The notes beneath the pieces are model-generated. The model was not told the DNA's origin, made no database searches, and was given only the letters and a program-made list of their open reading frames with translations. Shown piece after piece: positions 44,682-53,974 of a DNA stretch of 64,000 nucleotides. Numbering within the stretch: the first letter of the stretch is position 1; the number at the start of each line of letters is the position of its first letter. Made by a program: the position numbers and the translations under genes. Source of the stretch: Chitinophagales bacterium (GTDB lineage Bacteria; Bacteroidota; Bacteroidia; Chitinophagales; JADIYW01); NCBI GenBank assembly GCA_019694955.1, contig JAIBAX010000001.1, positions 109,852 to 173,851 of the forward strand, given 5' to 3'.

Positions 44682-45554
44682 ACTACTTACTTGCTTTTTC
44701 TCTTTGCCACCTTCAGCCGAGGTTCTCTCCACCCACCATTCATCCATCTCCCAGAAATTATCCCATCCCAGTTTCCTATATTTAGGGTTTACCTCGACTT
44801 CTCTTTCGCCAATGCTGAAATCTTTTAATATCTCATTAGCAAACATAAACAAGTCTTTTGAAAAAAGGAAAGGTTTCGATTTTGTTGAACCATAGCCCAT
44901 CCAGTTTCCTTCAAATAAAAAACCACTGGAACGCGCAGGCGTTTTGTTGCTCCAAAACCATAGTTCCGGTTGACCGTCTTCTTTAACGCCAAAATCCAAC
45001 GCCATTTTTCCTGAGAAAATACCACTATACGGTTGCGTGCTGTCTTCCTTTAGTTCAAAAAATCCCGTACAAGCATACATTTGGTCGTAATTGTCGTAAG
45101 TATAATCCTCCACTTCAAAAACAGTATCTTTGATATTCGGATCGGCAACCTGATAAACATGGTCGATGGTGAAACTTCCTTCAAAATTGCTTACGACCTT
45201 CTTATGCCTATTTTTGCCTGATATAAAATACTTGTTGGGTTGAGATTTGTCTTGTTGCATATTTAATATGACAAACTCAATTCTATAATTATCAGGTCCA
45301 TAGAATCCATTTAGTGGTCCATATATTTGGTCTTGTATAAAGAGTGGTCGGATATCATTCTTTGAAAGAAGTTCTTCAATTTCTTTAGCTTCCAATGCCT
45401 TGTTAACCACTTTTTTTGGTGAGTGATGAACGCCGGCGGCAGCTAGATTCATCGCCATTTTTAATTCTTTATGTGTAATGATTTTGTTGATATTTTGCTT
45501 TTGCCCACAGGCAATGAGCAATAAAATCGAAAGTAAGAGTGTTGTATATTTCAT
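44676..45554 (-). CDS. hypothetical lipoprotein
   Basis: ATG 45554 gives the lipoprotein signal MKYTTLLLSILLLIACG. No recognisable domain. The long upstream extension in the ORF track overlaps the preceding gene. Confidence 0.55.
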   Translation of the reverse strand: MKYTTLLLSILLLIACGQKQNINKIITHKELKMAMNLAAAGVHHSPKKVVNKALEAKEIEELLSKNDIRPLFIQDQIYGPLNGFYGPDNYRIEFVILNMQQDKSQPNKYFISGKNRHKKVVSNFEGSFTIDHVYQVADPNIKDTVFEVEDYTYDNYDQMYACTGFFELKEDSTQPYSGIFSGKMALDFGVKEDGQPELWFWSNKTPARSSGFLFEGNWMGYGSTKSKPFLFSKDLFMFANEILKDFSIGEREVEVNPKYRKLGWDNFWEMDEWWVERTSAEGGKEKKQVSSN

Positions 45555-45556
45555 AT

Positions 45557-46213
45557 TTATTTTTTTAAAGATTTTAATAAAAATTGTCCCATTCCAAAAT
45601 AAATTAATATTTCTGCCAAAAATAAATTGCCCACCCACGACAGCCAAGTGACTGTTAAATAGGTCTCTAATGGTTTAGTGTGGAAGACATAAGTCATAAT
45701 ATAACTGTCTACCCGTAAACTCATTGCAGCTAAAGTTACAGCATAACTTCTGAATATCCATTGCGTATGGGATAAGAAATCCTTTTTTTTAACACTATTT
45801 AGAGCAATAGCGGTACAAATCCACCAAATAAAGCTTTGGAGACAAAAGGCAATCTTGCAGGGCAATCCACCATTGGCAAAGTATCCAAGAATCAGTCCCG
45901 AAGGAGCCGCAAGTATTAATATGCCGACCATATACACTTTTCCAATGCTTCTGTGAAAACTTGTTTTACGGATGAATGGCGGAATAAATTGAAAAACGCC
46001 TGCTATCATTACGAAGAAACTGGATGTAATATGTACGTAAAATGCCCAGTTGAAAAGTGAATTATCCAATACTTCATCCATTTTTGTTCCAAGAAAATCT
46101 GTGTAACGCTCGAAACTTAAATAAGGAATGATTTTTGACAGCATTAGTAGGGCAAAAAGAAATGCTCCCAACAAAATCAAGTATAATGTGCCGATTTTTA
46201 TTTTTTTGTTCAA
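45557..46213 (-). CDS. DUF2306-like membrane protein
   Basis: 218 aa with 6 TM helices. The HRSIGKVYMVGILILAAPSG pattern resembles DUF2306 as I recall it. Confidence 0.55.
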   Translation of the reverse strand: MNKKIKIGTLYLILLGAFLFALLMLSKIIPYLSFERYTDFLGTKMDEVLDNSLFNWAFYVHITSSFFVMIAGVFQFIPPFIRKTSFHRSIGKVYMVGILILAAPSGLILGYFANGGLPCKIAFCLQSFIWWICTAIALNSVKKKDFLSHTQWIFRSYAVTLAAMSLRVDSYIMTYVFHTKPLETYLTVTWLSWVGNLFLAEILIYFGMGQFLLKSLKK

Positions 46214-46304
46214 TTTCTTATTAATTTTTAATTAGCTTTTGACTAAAAGCTTTTGAATAACTACTAACTTTTCTATTTTTCTAAAGTAAAAGTATAAAAT
46301 TTAA

Positions 46305-47162
46305 ATGGAACATAAGTTTATAGAGGTAAATGGAATTCGACTTCACTATGTAACGGAAGGGAATGGCAAGAAATTGGTAGTGCTATTACATGGTTGGCCG
46401 GAGTTTTGGTATTCTTGGAAAGCGCAAATTCCGGCACTGTCCCAAATATTTACGGTTGTAGCTTTGGATATGCGTGGTTTTAATGAAAGCGATAAACCCG
46501 AAGGTATCGAGCATTATCAGGCACATATTGTTGCTTCGGATGTAGCAGCACTGATTACTCAATTAGGCTTTGAGAAGGCACATATCGTTGGACATGATTG
46601 GGGTGGAGGGATTGCATGGGCATTTGCGATGAATTATCCGGCCTTAACCGAACAGTTGGTGGTGCTGAACTGTCCGCATCCTGCCATTTTTATGAAAACT
46701 GTGAAAAATAGCCCGGCGCAGCTATTGAAAAGTTGGTACATGTTTGCTTTTCAGGTGCCTAAGTTGCCGGAATTATTGTTGAAGCCTATGTTGCTACAGT
46801 TTTATAAGACTTTTGTCAAAGGTTGGTGCTATAATAAAGAAGCATTTTCAGATGAAGACCTTCGACAATACGTTGAAGCATTTTCTAAACCCGGTGCACT
46901 CACGGCAGGAATGAATTATTATAGGGCGATGTTTCAGTTGGGACGTAAAGATAGTAGTATCCTGAAGAAACGCGTTGCTTCGCCAACACTAATGATATGG
47001 GGTGAGCAAGATCAGGCGCTTGGCAAAGAAATGACCTTTGATACAGCTAAATATATTGATAACTCTTTGGAAATTAAATATATACAAAATTGTAGCCATT
47101 GGGTGCAAAGCGATGCGCCTGATAAAGTAAACGAGTATCTTACACAATTTTTAAACGCCTAA
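46305..47162 (+). CDS. alpha/beta hydrolase (epoxide-hydrolase/haloalkane-dehalogenase-like)
   Basis: LLHGWPEFWYSW motif, nucleophile elbow GHDWGG, C-terminal catalytic His (CSHWVQSD). Confidence 0.85.
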   Translation: MEHKFIEVNGIRLHYVTEGNGKKLVVLLHGWPEFWYSWKAQIPALSQIFTVVALDMRGFNESDKPEGIEHYQAHIVASDVAALITQLGFEKAHIVGHDWGGGIAWAFAMNYPALTEQLVVLNCPHPAIFMKTVKNSPAQLLKSWYMFAFQVPKLPELLLKPMLLQFYKTFVKGWCYNKEAFSDEDLRQYVEAFSKPGALTAGMNYYRAMFQLGRKDSSILKKRVASPTLMIWGEQDQALGKEMTFDTAKYIDNSLEIKYIQNCSHWVQSDAPDKVNEYLTQFLNA

Positions 47163-47172
47163 CTAATTTATC

Positions 47173-48138
47173 ATGCCTCTTTTACCCAGTCCACTTATTA
47201 TTCCTCCAGCTACACAACCTAATGGTCATCTGCAAACCATTATTCCTAATCTTCGTAGAAAGGTATTGGGCGTTGATTTTGTGCGAACAAGAATTGATAC
47301 TTGGGATAATGATTTTTTGGATATAGATTGGCTGAAAGGAGGATATAAAAAGATTGCTGTGATAACACATGGCTTGGCGGGAAATTCACGGGCGGAGTAT
47401 GTGAAAGGTATTGCCAAAGTATTGCACGGTAAAGGATATGATATTGCGGCATGGAATATGCGTGGATGTAGTGGAGAACCCAATAAATTACTACATTCTT
47501 TTCATGGTGGTAAAACCGATGACCTCCATTTTATTATTGAGCATTTGTCTAATTTTTATGATTATGAAGAAGTAGTGTTAGTGGGGATAAGTATGGGAGG
47601 GAATATTACCCTGAAGTATGTTGGTGAGTATGCGGATAAGTTACCTGCTTTAGTTAAAAAAGCATTTGCTGCGTCAGTTCCGGTAGATATGCTGGGTTGT
47701 TCATTACATTTGATAAAGGGATGGAATCTTATCTACAGCCGAAGGTACTTGAATCAGTATAAGGATATGCTTCGACTGAAGGAGAAGATGTTTCCCGGGA
47801 AATTTAATTTTAAACATGCTTATGAGGCGGCTGATTTGCATCAATTTGTTGATCGTGTCACCGTGCCGATGTTTCATTTTGGAACCATTGAACATTATTT
47901 GGAAACCCAGAGTGCTTTGAAGTACTTGGATAAAATTAGCATTCCCACTTTGCTGGTAAATGCTGATAATGACCCTTTTCTTACCGATACCTGTTTCCCC
48001 AAAGAGCATGCGGCATTATCAGAGCATTTTTATCTGGAAATCGTTCATAACGGCGGGCATGTGGGTTTCGAAGAAAAAGAAACCGTAGAAGTGAATTGGT
48101 TAGAGAAGAGAATTTTGTCATGGTTTAATGGATTTTGA
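47173..48138 (+). CDS. alpha/beta hydrolase, YheT/ABHD1-3-like
   Basis: ITHGLAGNS...Y, GISMGGN nucleophile elbow, NADNDPF and GGHVGF motifs. Confidence 0.8.
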   Translation: MPLLPSPLIIPPATQPNGHLQTIIPNLRRKVLGVDFVRTRIDTWDNDFLDIDWLKGGYKKIAVITHGLAGNSRAEYVKGIAKVLHGKGYDIAAWNMRGCSGEPNKLLHSFHGGKTDDLHFIIEHLSNFYDYEEVVLVGISMGGNITLKYVGEYADKLPALVKKAFAASVPVDMLGCSLHLIKGWNLIYSRRYLNQYKDMLRLKEKMFPGKFNFKHAYEAADLHQFVDRVTVPMFHFGTIEHYLETQSALKYLDKISIPTLLVNADNDPFLTDTCFPKEHAALSEHFYLEIVHNGGHVGFEEKETVEVNWLEKRILSWFNGF

Positions 48139-48249
48139 ATGTTGAATGTTAAATTTTAAATGGTATATTAAGCTTTTCCTTGAATGGTGAACTGAATAAC
48201 TGTTAACAATTTTCACGATAATTTGTAAGGTTAATTCTTACAATGGAAC

Positions 48250-48257
48250 TATATTTG
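48250..48257 (+). promoter_or_regulatory. -7 promoter box TATATTTG
   Basis: Matches TAnnTTTG, about 54 nt upstream of ATG 48311. Confidence 0.4.
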
Positions 48258-48310
48258 CACTTTATTCGTTTAATTGATTTTTATAACTATTTAAAGCAAA
48301 AAATTAGAGC

Positions 48311-49510
48311 ATGAAGAAAGTACTCATCATTGGCGCCGGTGGCGTTGGAAATGTGGTGGTTCGTAAATGTGCCCAAGTACCCGAAGTATTTGGACAGATT
48401 ATGTTGGCAAGTCGCACAAAATCCAAATGTGACGCAATTGCTAACGACATTCCGGGCGCAAATATCCTTACTGCACAGGTAGATGCGGATAATGTTCCTG
48501 AATTGGTGAGTCTGATAAAGAGTTTTCAACCTTATATGGTAATAAATGTGGCTTTGCCCTACCAAGATTTGACGATTATGGATGCTTGTCTCGAAACAGG
48601 CGTTCACTACTTGGATACTGCAAATTATGAACCCAAAGATGTCGCCAAGTTTGAATATAGCTGGCAATGGGCTTATCAGGAGCGATTCAAAGAAAAAGGG
48701 TTAATGGCGCTACTCGGTTGTGGTTTCGACCCCGGACAAAGTCAGATATATGTTGCCCATGCTGCTAAGCATCATTTCGACGAAATCCACTATTTGGATA
48801 TTGTCGATTGTAATGCCGGCGATCATGGACAGGCATTTGCTACTAATTTTAATCCTGAAATCAATATTCGTGAGATTACACAACCCGGTAGATATTACGA
48901 GAATGGGGAGTGGGTAGAGATTCCCGCTATGTCGATTCATAAGCCCATTGATTACCCAAGAATCGGTCCTAAAGAATCTTATGTGCTCTATCATGAAGAG
49001 CTGGAGTCGTTGGTGAAGAACTTTCCTACCATCAAACGCGCAAGATTCTGGATGACTTTCGGTCAGCAGTATATTACACATCTTACTGTTTTACAGAATG
49101 TGGGTATGACGAGCATTAAGCCGATTAAAATTCAAGGGGTAGAAATCGCCCCATTAGAATTTTTGAAGGCAGTACTTCCTGAGCCGGGTTCACTTGGCGA
49201 AAATTATACCGGTGAAACCTCTATTGGTTGTCAAATCAAGGGAATTAAGGATGGTAAGGATAAAACCTATTTTATCTGGAACAACTGTAAACATCAGGAT
49301 GCTTATAAAGACTGTAAAGCACAAGGGGTTTCATATACGACTGGCGTTCCCGCTATGTTGGGGGCTAAATTGATGATGGAAGGCGTTTGGATGAAGCCAG
49401 GCGTATATAATACCGAAGAAATGGATCCAGATCCATTTATGTCGCAAATTGGCAAATATGGCTTACCATGGGAAGAATCAGTAGGTTTGGAACTTCCGCA
49501 TGAATATTAG
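48311..49510 (+). CDS. carboxynorspermidine/carboxyspermidine dehydrogenase (saccharopine dehydrogenase family)
   Basis: VLIIGAGGVGNVV Rossmann motif, GFDPGQS and NAGDHGQAFATNFNPEIN regions align by eye with Vibrio CANSDH as I recall it. About 400 aa. Confidence 0.8.
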   Translation: MKKVLIIGAGGVGNVVVRKCAQVPEVFGQIMLASRTKSKCDAIANDIPGANILTAQVDADNVPELVSLIKSFQPYMVINVALPYQDLTIMDACLETGVHYLDTANYEPKDVAKFEYSWQWAYQERFKEKGLMALLGCGFDPGQSQIYVAHAAKHHFDEIHYLDIVDCNAGDHGQAFATNFNPEINIREITQPGRYYENGEWVEIPAMSIHKPIDYPRIGPKESYVLYHEELESLVKNFPTIKRARFWMTFGQQYITHLTVLQNVGMTSIKPIKIQGVEIAPLEFLKAVLPEPGSLGENYTGETSIGCQIKGIKDGKDKTYFIWNNCKHQDAYKDCKAQGVSYTTGVPAMLGAKLMMEGVWMKPGVYNTEEMDPDPFMSQIGKYGLPWEESVGLELPHEY

Positions 49511-49531
49511 AATAAATAAGAGTAATATTGA

Positions 49532-49559
49532 GGGGCAGAAATAATTTTGCCCCTTTTTT
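49532..49559 (+). terminator. intrinsic terminator after the carboxynorspermidine dehydrogenase gene
   Basis: Stem GGGGCA/TGCCCC with a 10-nt loop, followed by TTTTTT. Confidence 0.7.
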
Positions 49560-49992
49560 ATTGCATGAAATATGAAGCTCCGGAGGAAATACCCAAGATT
49601 ATTAATAAGATAAAAGATAATATCATCAGATATCCATAGAACTTAAAAACTAATCTCATATGGTCAAAAGCTAATCGAAAGAGGTCTGAGTCGTTTTTTC
49701 TAATAGATTCTTTTATGTTCGTGCTAAATCTCAGTAGATGGAAATTGGGAAAATAGAAAGAGGCTGCGAAAAAGACTATTAAGAATGGAATTATGACATT
49801 ATTTATTCTCAGGGTTTGTTGCAAAGTGTTGGCGAGCGCAAAAGATCCTAATATTGAAAGACTTGTTCCAATTAAACCAATAATGGCAAGGAGTTTTGAA
49901 TATTTTGCAGTGGTTAATAGTGTTTTTGAAGCTTGATTGTCGATGTCAACCTCGTAGGTGGCAATTTCCTTATCTAATAACGTATCTTCCAT
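49558..49992 (-). CDS. DUF5362-like small membrane protein (paralog 1)
   Basis: Acidic N-terminus, AKYSKLLAIIG motif, four hydrophobic segments, FKFYGYL motif. Paralogous to 50002..50403 and 58776..59234. The family name is from memory. Confidence 0.55.
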   Translation of the reverse strand: MEDTLLDKEIATYEVDIDNQASKTLLTTAKYSKLLAIIGLIGTSLSILGSFALANTLQQTLRINNVIIPFLIVFFAASFYFPNFHLLRFSTNIKESIRKNDSDLFRLAFDHMRLVFKFYGYLMILSFILLIILGISSGASYFMQ

Positions 49993-50001
49993 TGTTGTCG
50001 T

Positions 50002-50403
50002 TTAATTAAATTTAATATTTAAAATAGTAATTATATAATACAAAATGGTGAGGATGAAATTAAATAGGATGAAGTACTTTAGTTGAGTAAATGCCTTCGT
50101 GTAATTTTCTATAAGTTTTGATTGATTTCCTTTTCTTAACATGTTGCCAAAACGTACTAAAAGACTACCTGGTGTGACAACGATAATTGCAAAAATAATA
50201 ATGATTAAAACCTCATTGAGCAGTAGGATTGAAGGCTGTTGTGCACTGAAAATAATGCCTGCGATAAACAGAACAACAAATAGAGAGAAAAAGGAAAGGG
50301 TAGGAATCCCAATAAACTTTGCCCACTTCGATATATTTTCTAAGTGTTCTTGAGCAAGGTCATTTATTTTTAATTGTTCTTCGTTGTTAAAATCTTCCTC
50401 CAT
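50002..50403 (-). CDS. DUF5362-like small membrane protein (paralog 2)
   Basis: Same layout: acidic N-terminus, SKWAKFIGIP motif, hydrophobic helices. It lies in tandem with paralog 1. Confidence 0.55.
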   Translation of the reverse strand: MEEDFNNEEQLKINDLAQEHLENISKWAKFIGIPTLSFFSLFVVLFIAGIIFSAQQPSILLLNEVLIIIIFAIIVVTPGSLLVRFGNMLRKGNQSKLIENYTKAFTQLKYFILFNFILTILYYIITILNIKFN

Positions 50404-50440
50404 TTTGATTAGTTTTAAGCAAATTTATGAATTTTTCTTT

Positions 50441-51379
50441 ATGCAAGCATTTTATAATAGACTCCAAAAAGTAAATAAGCACACCTCTAAATGGGCAAGG
50501 CGACACAATATTGAGTGTTATCGAATATATGACCTTGATATGCCTGAATTTCCTCTGTGTATAGATAGATATAAAGATTGGGTACATGTTTCTGAATATA
50601 AAGCTAAACATGGTATGGAAGAAGAGGAACACCAACAATGGCTGCAAGAATGTATTTTAGTAATCTGTGCCGTCATGGAAGTGCCGATGGAAAAAATAGT
50701 GCTCAAAGAAAGAAAGAGACAAAAGGGCAAAGAGCAATATACCAAAATAGACTCTACAAACAATGAAATGGTCGTTGAAGAAAATGGGCTGAAGTTTATT
50801 GTCAATTTAAAAGACTATTTAGATACCGGTTTGTTTTTAGATCATAGGAATCTACGGGAAATCGTAAGAAAGGAGTCGGAGGGTAAGCGCGTATTGAACT
50901 TGTTCTCTTATACAGGTTCATTTTCTGTTTATGCCGCAGCCGGCGGAGCAGAACAAGTTACAACGGTAGATATGTCTAATACTTATCTTTCTTGGGCGAG
51001 AAAAAATATGTTGCTAAATGGTTTTGATGACAAGGAAAAATATACATTCCTATCTGAAGATGTAAAACCATTTTTGAAAACCCTTGGGAAAAATTCTTAC
51101 GACCTAATTATCTTAGATCCACCGACATTTTCCAATAGCAAAAAAATGAAACATTTCTTAGATATTCAATTAGACCATACCTATATAATTAATGATTGTC
51201 TAAAATTACTGACAAATGTCGGAAAGGTATATTTTTCCACTAATTTTAGAAATTTTCAATTAGAATATAATAAAATCAATACAAAAAACATAAAAGAAAT
51301 AACAAATATTACCATTCCAGAGGATTTTAGAAATAAAAATATACATAAAACATTTGAAATTATTTTGAAAAAGTATTGA
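50441..51379 (+). CDS. class I SAM-dependent RNA methyltransferase (RlmK / RlmL C-terminal-half-like)
   Basis: YRIYD..MPEF N-terminal region, YLDTGLFLDHR, LNLFSYTGSFSVYAA (SAM motif I) and ILDPPTFS (motif IV) match the m7G2069-type half of RlmKL. ATG 50441 chosen. Confidence 0.75.
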   Translation: MQAFYNRLQKVNKHTSKWARRHNIECYRIYDLDMPEFPLCIDRYKDWVHVSEYKAKHGMEEEEHQQWLQECILVICAVMEVPMEKIVLKERKRQKGKEQYTKIDSTNNEMVVEENGLKFIVNLKDYLDTGLFLDHRNLREIVRKESEGKRVLNLFSYTGSFSVYAAAGGAEQVTTVDMSNTYLSWARKNMLLNGFDDKEKYTFLSEDVKPFLKTLGKNSYDLIILDPPTFSNSKKMKHFLDIQLDHTYIINDCLKLLTNVGKVYFSTNFRNFQLEYNKINTKNIKEITNITIPEDFRNKNIHKTFEIILKKY

Positions 51380-51398
51380 CAATTTAACAAATAAATAG

Positions 51399-51406
51399 TA
51401 CATTTG
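51399..51406 (+). promoter_or_regulatory. -7 promoter box TACATTTG for the RES/Xre pair
   Basis: Matches TAnnTTTG, 19 nt upstream of ATG 51425. A TTGAC lies 23 nt upstream. Confidence 0.4.
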
Positions 51407-51424
51407 TCTTAAAATTATTGAGAG

Positions 51425-51892
51425 ATGAAAAAATATGAAGAAACACCGCTTGGCAATAGTAAAGTAGAAGAGCCAGTGTCCGTATATTTTACGGAAAGCC
51501 CTTCTATGGTGGCTATGTCGTTTAATAATCAATCCTTTATAAAAATGGCACGCAAAGGTGTAGAGCGTAAGCGTTTGGATGCACTCATCGCTTATTTGGA
51601 TATGGATTTGGAGCAAATTAGTCAATTACTAGGGGTTTCTTCACGTACTTTGATGAGAAAATCCGCCTCTGATCAATTAAATATTCATATTTCTCAACAG
51701 GCAATTTTATTAATGATGTTGGTTCAAAAAGGTATTCAAGTGTTTGGTACAAGAATAGATTTTAACGATTGGTTGCGTACGCCTATTACTGCTTTAGGGG
51801 GTGATAAGCCGATAAACTATTTAGATACTTCATTTGGTATCAATGAGTTAATGAATGTGCTAGGTCGTATTGAGTATGGTGTATATGCTTGA
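51425..51892 (+). CDS. Xre/MbcA/ParS-type antitoxin (DUF2384)
   Basis: C-terminal FNDWLRTPITALGGDKPINYLDTSFGINELMNVLGRIEYGVYA is the DUF2384 signature. Located 3 nt upstream of a RES-domain gene. Confidence 0.85.
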   Translation: MKKYEETPLGNSKVEEPVSVYFTESPSMVAMSFNNQSFIKMARKGVERKRLDALIAYLDMDLEQISQLLGVSSRTLMRKSASDQLNIHISQQAILLMMLVQKGIQVFGTRIDFNDWLRTPITALGGDKPINYLDTSFGINELMNVLGRIEYGVYA

Positions 51893-51895
51893 TTT

Positions 51896-52384
51896 ATGTT
51901 GTTGTATAGATTAAGTAGGCATGCGTATGTACGCGATTTAACAGGAGAAGGGGCTAGGCTTGTAGGTGGGCGCTGGAATGAAAAAGGCATTCCCGTACTA
52001 TACACTTCTAATACTTTGTCTTTAGCATTTTTAGAAGTGCTGTGTCATATGAAGCCTGCGTTAATTAAAAATCTTTTTAGTGTATTGGTGTTAGAATATA
52101 ACGAAACGAAGTTTCCTTTGCAAGCATTCTCTGAACATGTTTTACCTGAAAATTGGCATGACTTTCCTGCTCCTGTATCTACTATTGAGTGTGGGTCTGA
52201 CTGGCTGCGGGCAAGAAAATCCGTGGGAGTTAGGGTGCCTTCGGCTGTCATTCCATTTACCAATGAGTCTGAATGGAATGTGCTTTTAAATCCTTTACAT
52301 CGCGATTTTGATAGAGCCGTAAAAATCTATAATGTATTCCCATTTTCTTACGATGATCGTTTGAACCGATTGACAGAAAATTAG
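51896..52384 (+). CDS. RES domain toxin (NAD+-targeting family)
   Basis: LYRLSR...GEGARLVGGRWNEKGIPVLYTS...LAFLEVL...RVPSAVIP carries the conserved R, E and S positions of RES domains. Confidence 0.85.
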   Translation: MLLYRLSRHAYVRDLTGEGARLVGGRWNEKGIPVLYTSNTLSLAFLEVLCHMKPALIKNLFSVLVLEYNETKFPLQAFSEHVLPENWHDFPAPVSTIECGSDWLRARKSVGVRVPSAVIPFTNESEWNVLLNPLHRDFDRAVKIYNVFPFSYDDRLNRLTEN

Positions 52385-52405
52385 TCTTCAAACAAGATTA
52401 AAATG

Positions 52406-52413
52406 TATATTTG
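52406..52413 (+). promoter_or_regulatory. -7 promoter box TATATTTG for nspC
   Basis: Matches TAnnTTTG, 18 nt upstream of ATG 52431. Confidence 0.4.
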
Positions 52414-52430
52414 ACCGATTATTCTCGTAT

Positions 52431-53570
52431 ATGTCCGTAAATTTAAAGAAAGTACCATCTCCTTGTTTTGTGTTAGAAGAGGATTTGCTCAAGAGAAACC
52501 TCGAACTAATGAAATATGTTCAACAAGAAGCCGGGGTTCAAATAATTGTCGCATTGAAAGGATTTGCTTTTCATAAAGCTTTTCCCTTGTTGGGGAAATA
52601 TTTGGCAGGTGGAACCGCTAGTAGTTTGCATGAAGCAAAATTAGTGTATCAAAAGCTGAAAACTAGACCACATACTTATTGCGCAGCGTATGTGCCTAGT
52701 GAGTTTGAGGAGCTTGTAGATATCTCCAGTCATCTTACGTTTAATTCTCTAAGCCAATGGGCGTTTTGGAAAAAAAGGGCATTGAAAGCGTCTAAAAAAG
52801 TTTCTTTTGGGTTAAGGGTCAACCCGGGATATAGCGAAATTGCAACCGCTTTATATGATCCGGCCTCCGAATCTTCTCGTTTGGGAATATCTAGGAAATT
52901 ATTGGGTGATGTTTTGCCAAAAGGTATTGACGGCCTCCATTTTCATGCGCTTTGTGAGAATGATTCTTACACCTTGGAACGTGTATTACAATCATTTACG
53001 GAGCGCTATGACAATCTATTGAAGACCTGCAAATGGGTGAATATGGGTGGTGGACACCTGATGACCAAAAAAGGCTATGATGTTGAACACCTTATTTCTG
53101 TCTTAAAGCAGTTTAAAGAAAAATATCCAAATTTAGAAGAGGTTATCCTCGAACCCGGGAGTGCTGTTGGCTGGGAAACGGGTTTCCTAAAGAGTACTGT
53201 TCTCGATATTGTAGACAATGGTTCGGGATCTACTGCCATGTTGGATGTTTCGTTTACATGCCATATGCCTGATTGCTTAGAAATGCCCTATAAACCGAAG
53301 GTTAGAGGAGAAGTGGATAATGGGCAGTATGTCTATAATATGGGCGGATTAAGTTGTTTGGCAGGAGATTTTATGGAAGGTTTTAAGTTTGATAAGCCAC
53401 TTCATGTTGGCGATACCATTATTTTTGAAGATATGATTCATTATACAATGGTGAAAACTTCCACCTTTAATGGCATTAATTTACCGTCTATTGGAACTTG
53501 GACGAGTGATAATAAGTTTAAATTGCATAAGACGTTTGGGTATAAAGACTATAAAAATAGATTATCATAA
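52431..53570 (+). CDS. nspC: carboxynorspermidine/carboxyspermidine decarboxylase
   Basis: N-terminal PSPCFVLEEDLLKRNL. Alanine-racemase-fold PLP decarboxylase pattern (ALKGFA, HFHALCE, NMGGGH, EPGSAV, CLAGD), typical of NspC. Confidence 0.88.
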   Translation: MSVNLKKVPSPCFVLEEDLLKRNLELMKYVQQEAGVQIIVALKGFAFHKAFPLLGKYLAGGTASSLHEAKLVYQKLKTRPHTYCAAYVPSEFEELVDISSHLTFNSLSQWAFWKKRALKASKKVSFGLRVNPGYSEIATALYDPASESSRLGISRKLLGDVLPKGIDGLHFHALCENDSYTLERVLQSFTERYDNLLKTCKWVNMGGGHLMTKKGYDVEHLISVLKQFKEKYPNLEEVILEPGSAVGWETGFLKSTVLDIVDNGSGSTAMLDVSFTCHMPDCLEMPYKPKVRGEVDNGQYVYNMGGLSCLAGDFMEGFKFDKPLHVGDTIIFEDMIHYTMVKTSTFNGINLPSIGTWTSDNKFKLHKTFGYKDYKNRLS

Positions 53571-53575
53571 CACAT

Positions 53576-53974
53576 ATGAATAGTATCTTTCATAAATTCT
53601 ATGATCGGCTTATTAAACAAGCGGAGGACTTGATAACAAATAATGAGCAAGTTTCTTCATTGATTGATCAAGCATTTGAGAAAATCGGCAATATGTCGGC
53701 GACATATTACTTTATACAAGACCATATTTTTGCTTTGGTAAGGATGTTGAAATTATGGTTGAAGCAAGAGTATAAAGGCATTTCTACAAAATCAGTCATC
53801 GCCGTTATAGCAGCTTTGTTGTATTTTATTAATCCGTTGGATTTAATTCCTGATTTTATACCATTTATTGGTCAGTTGGATGATATTCTTGTATTATCAT
53901 ATTTGGTGAAAACGCTGAATCATGAAATCCAACGCTTTATGGCTTGGGAAAAAGATAGGAGCGAAACCGCTTAA
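53576..53974 (+). CDS. YkvA/DUF1232 family membrane protein
   Basis: NPLDLIPDFIPFIGQLDDILVLSYL is the DUF1232 signature. Confidence 0.75.
   Translation: MNSIFHKFYDRLIKQAEDLITNNEQVSSLIDQAFEKIGNMSATYYFIQDHIFALVRMLKLWLKQEYKGISTKSVIAVIAALLYFINPLDLIPDFIPFIGQLDDILVLSYLVKTLNHEIQRFMAWEKDRSETA

Noticed and set aside
49558-52384. Calling the region between the polyamine genes a genomic island or mobile element
   Set aside because: I could see no integrase, transposase, tRNA target or flanking direct repeats. Only the TA pair is mobile-element-like, so the insertion idea is kept as a hypothesis in the findings rather than as a feature.
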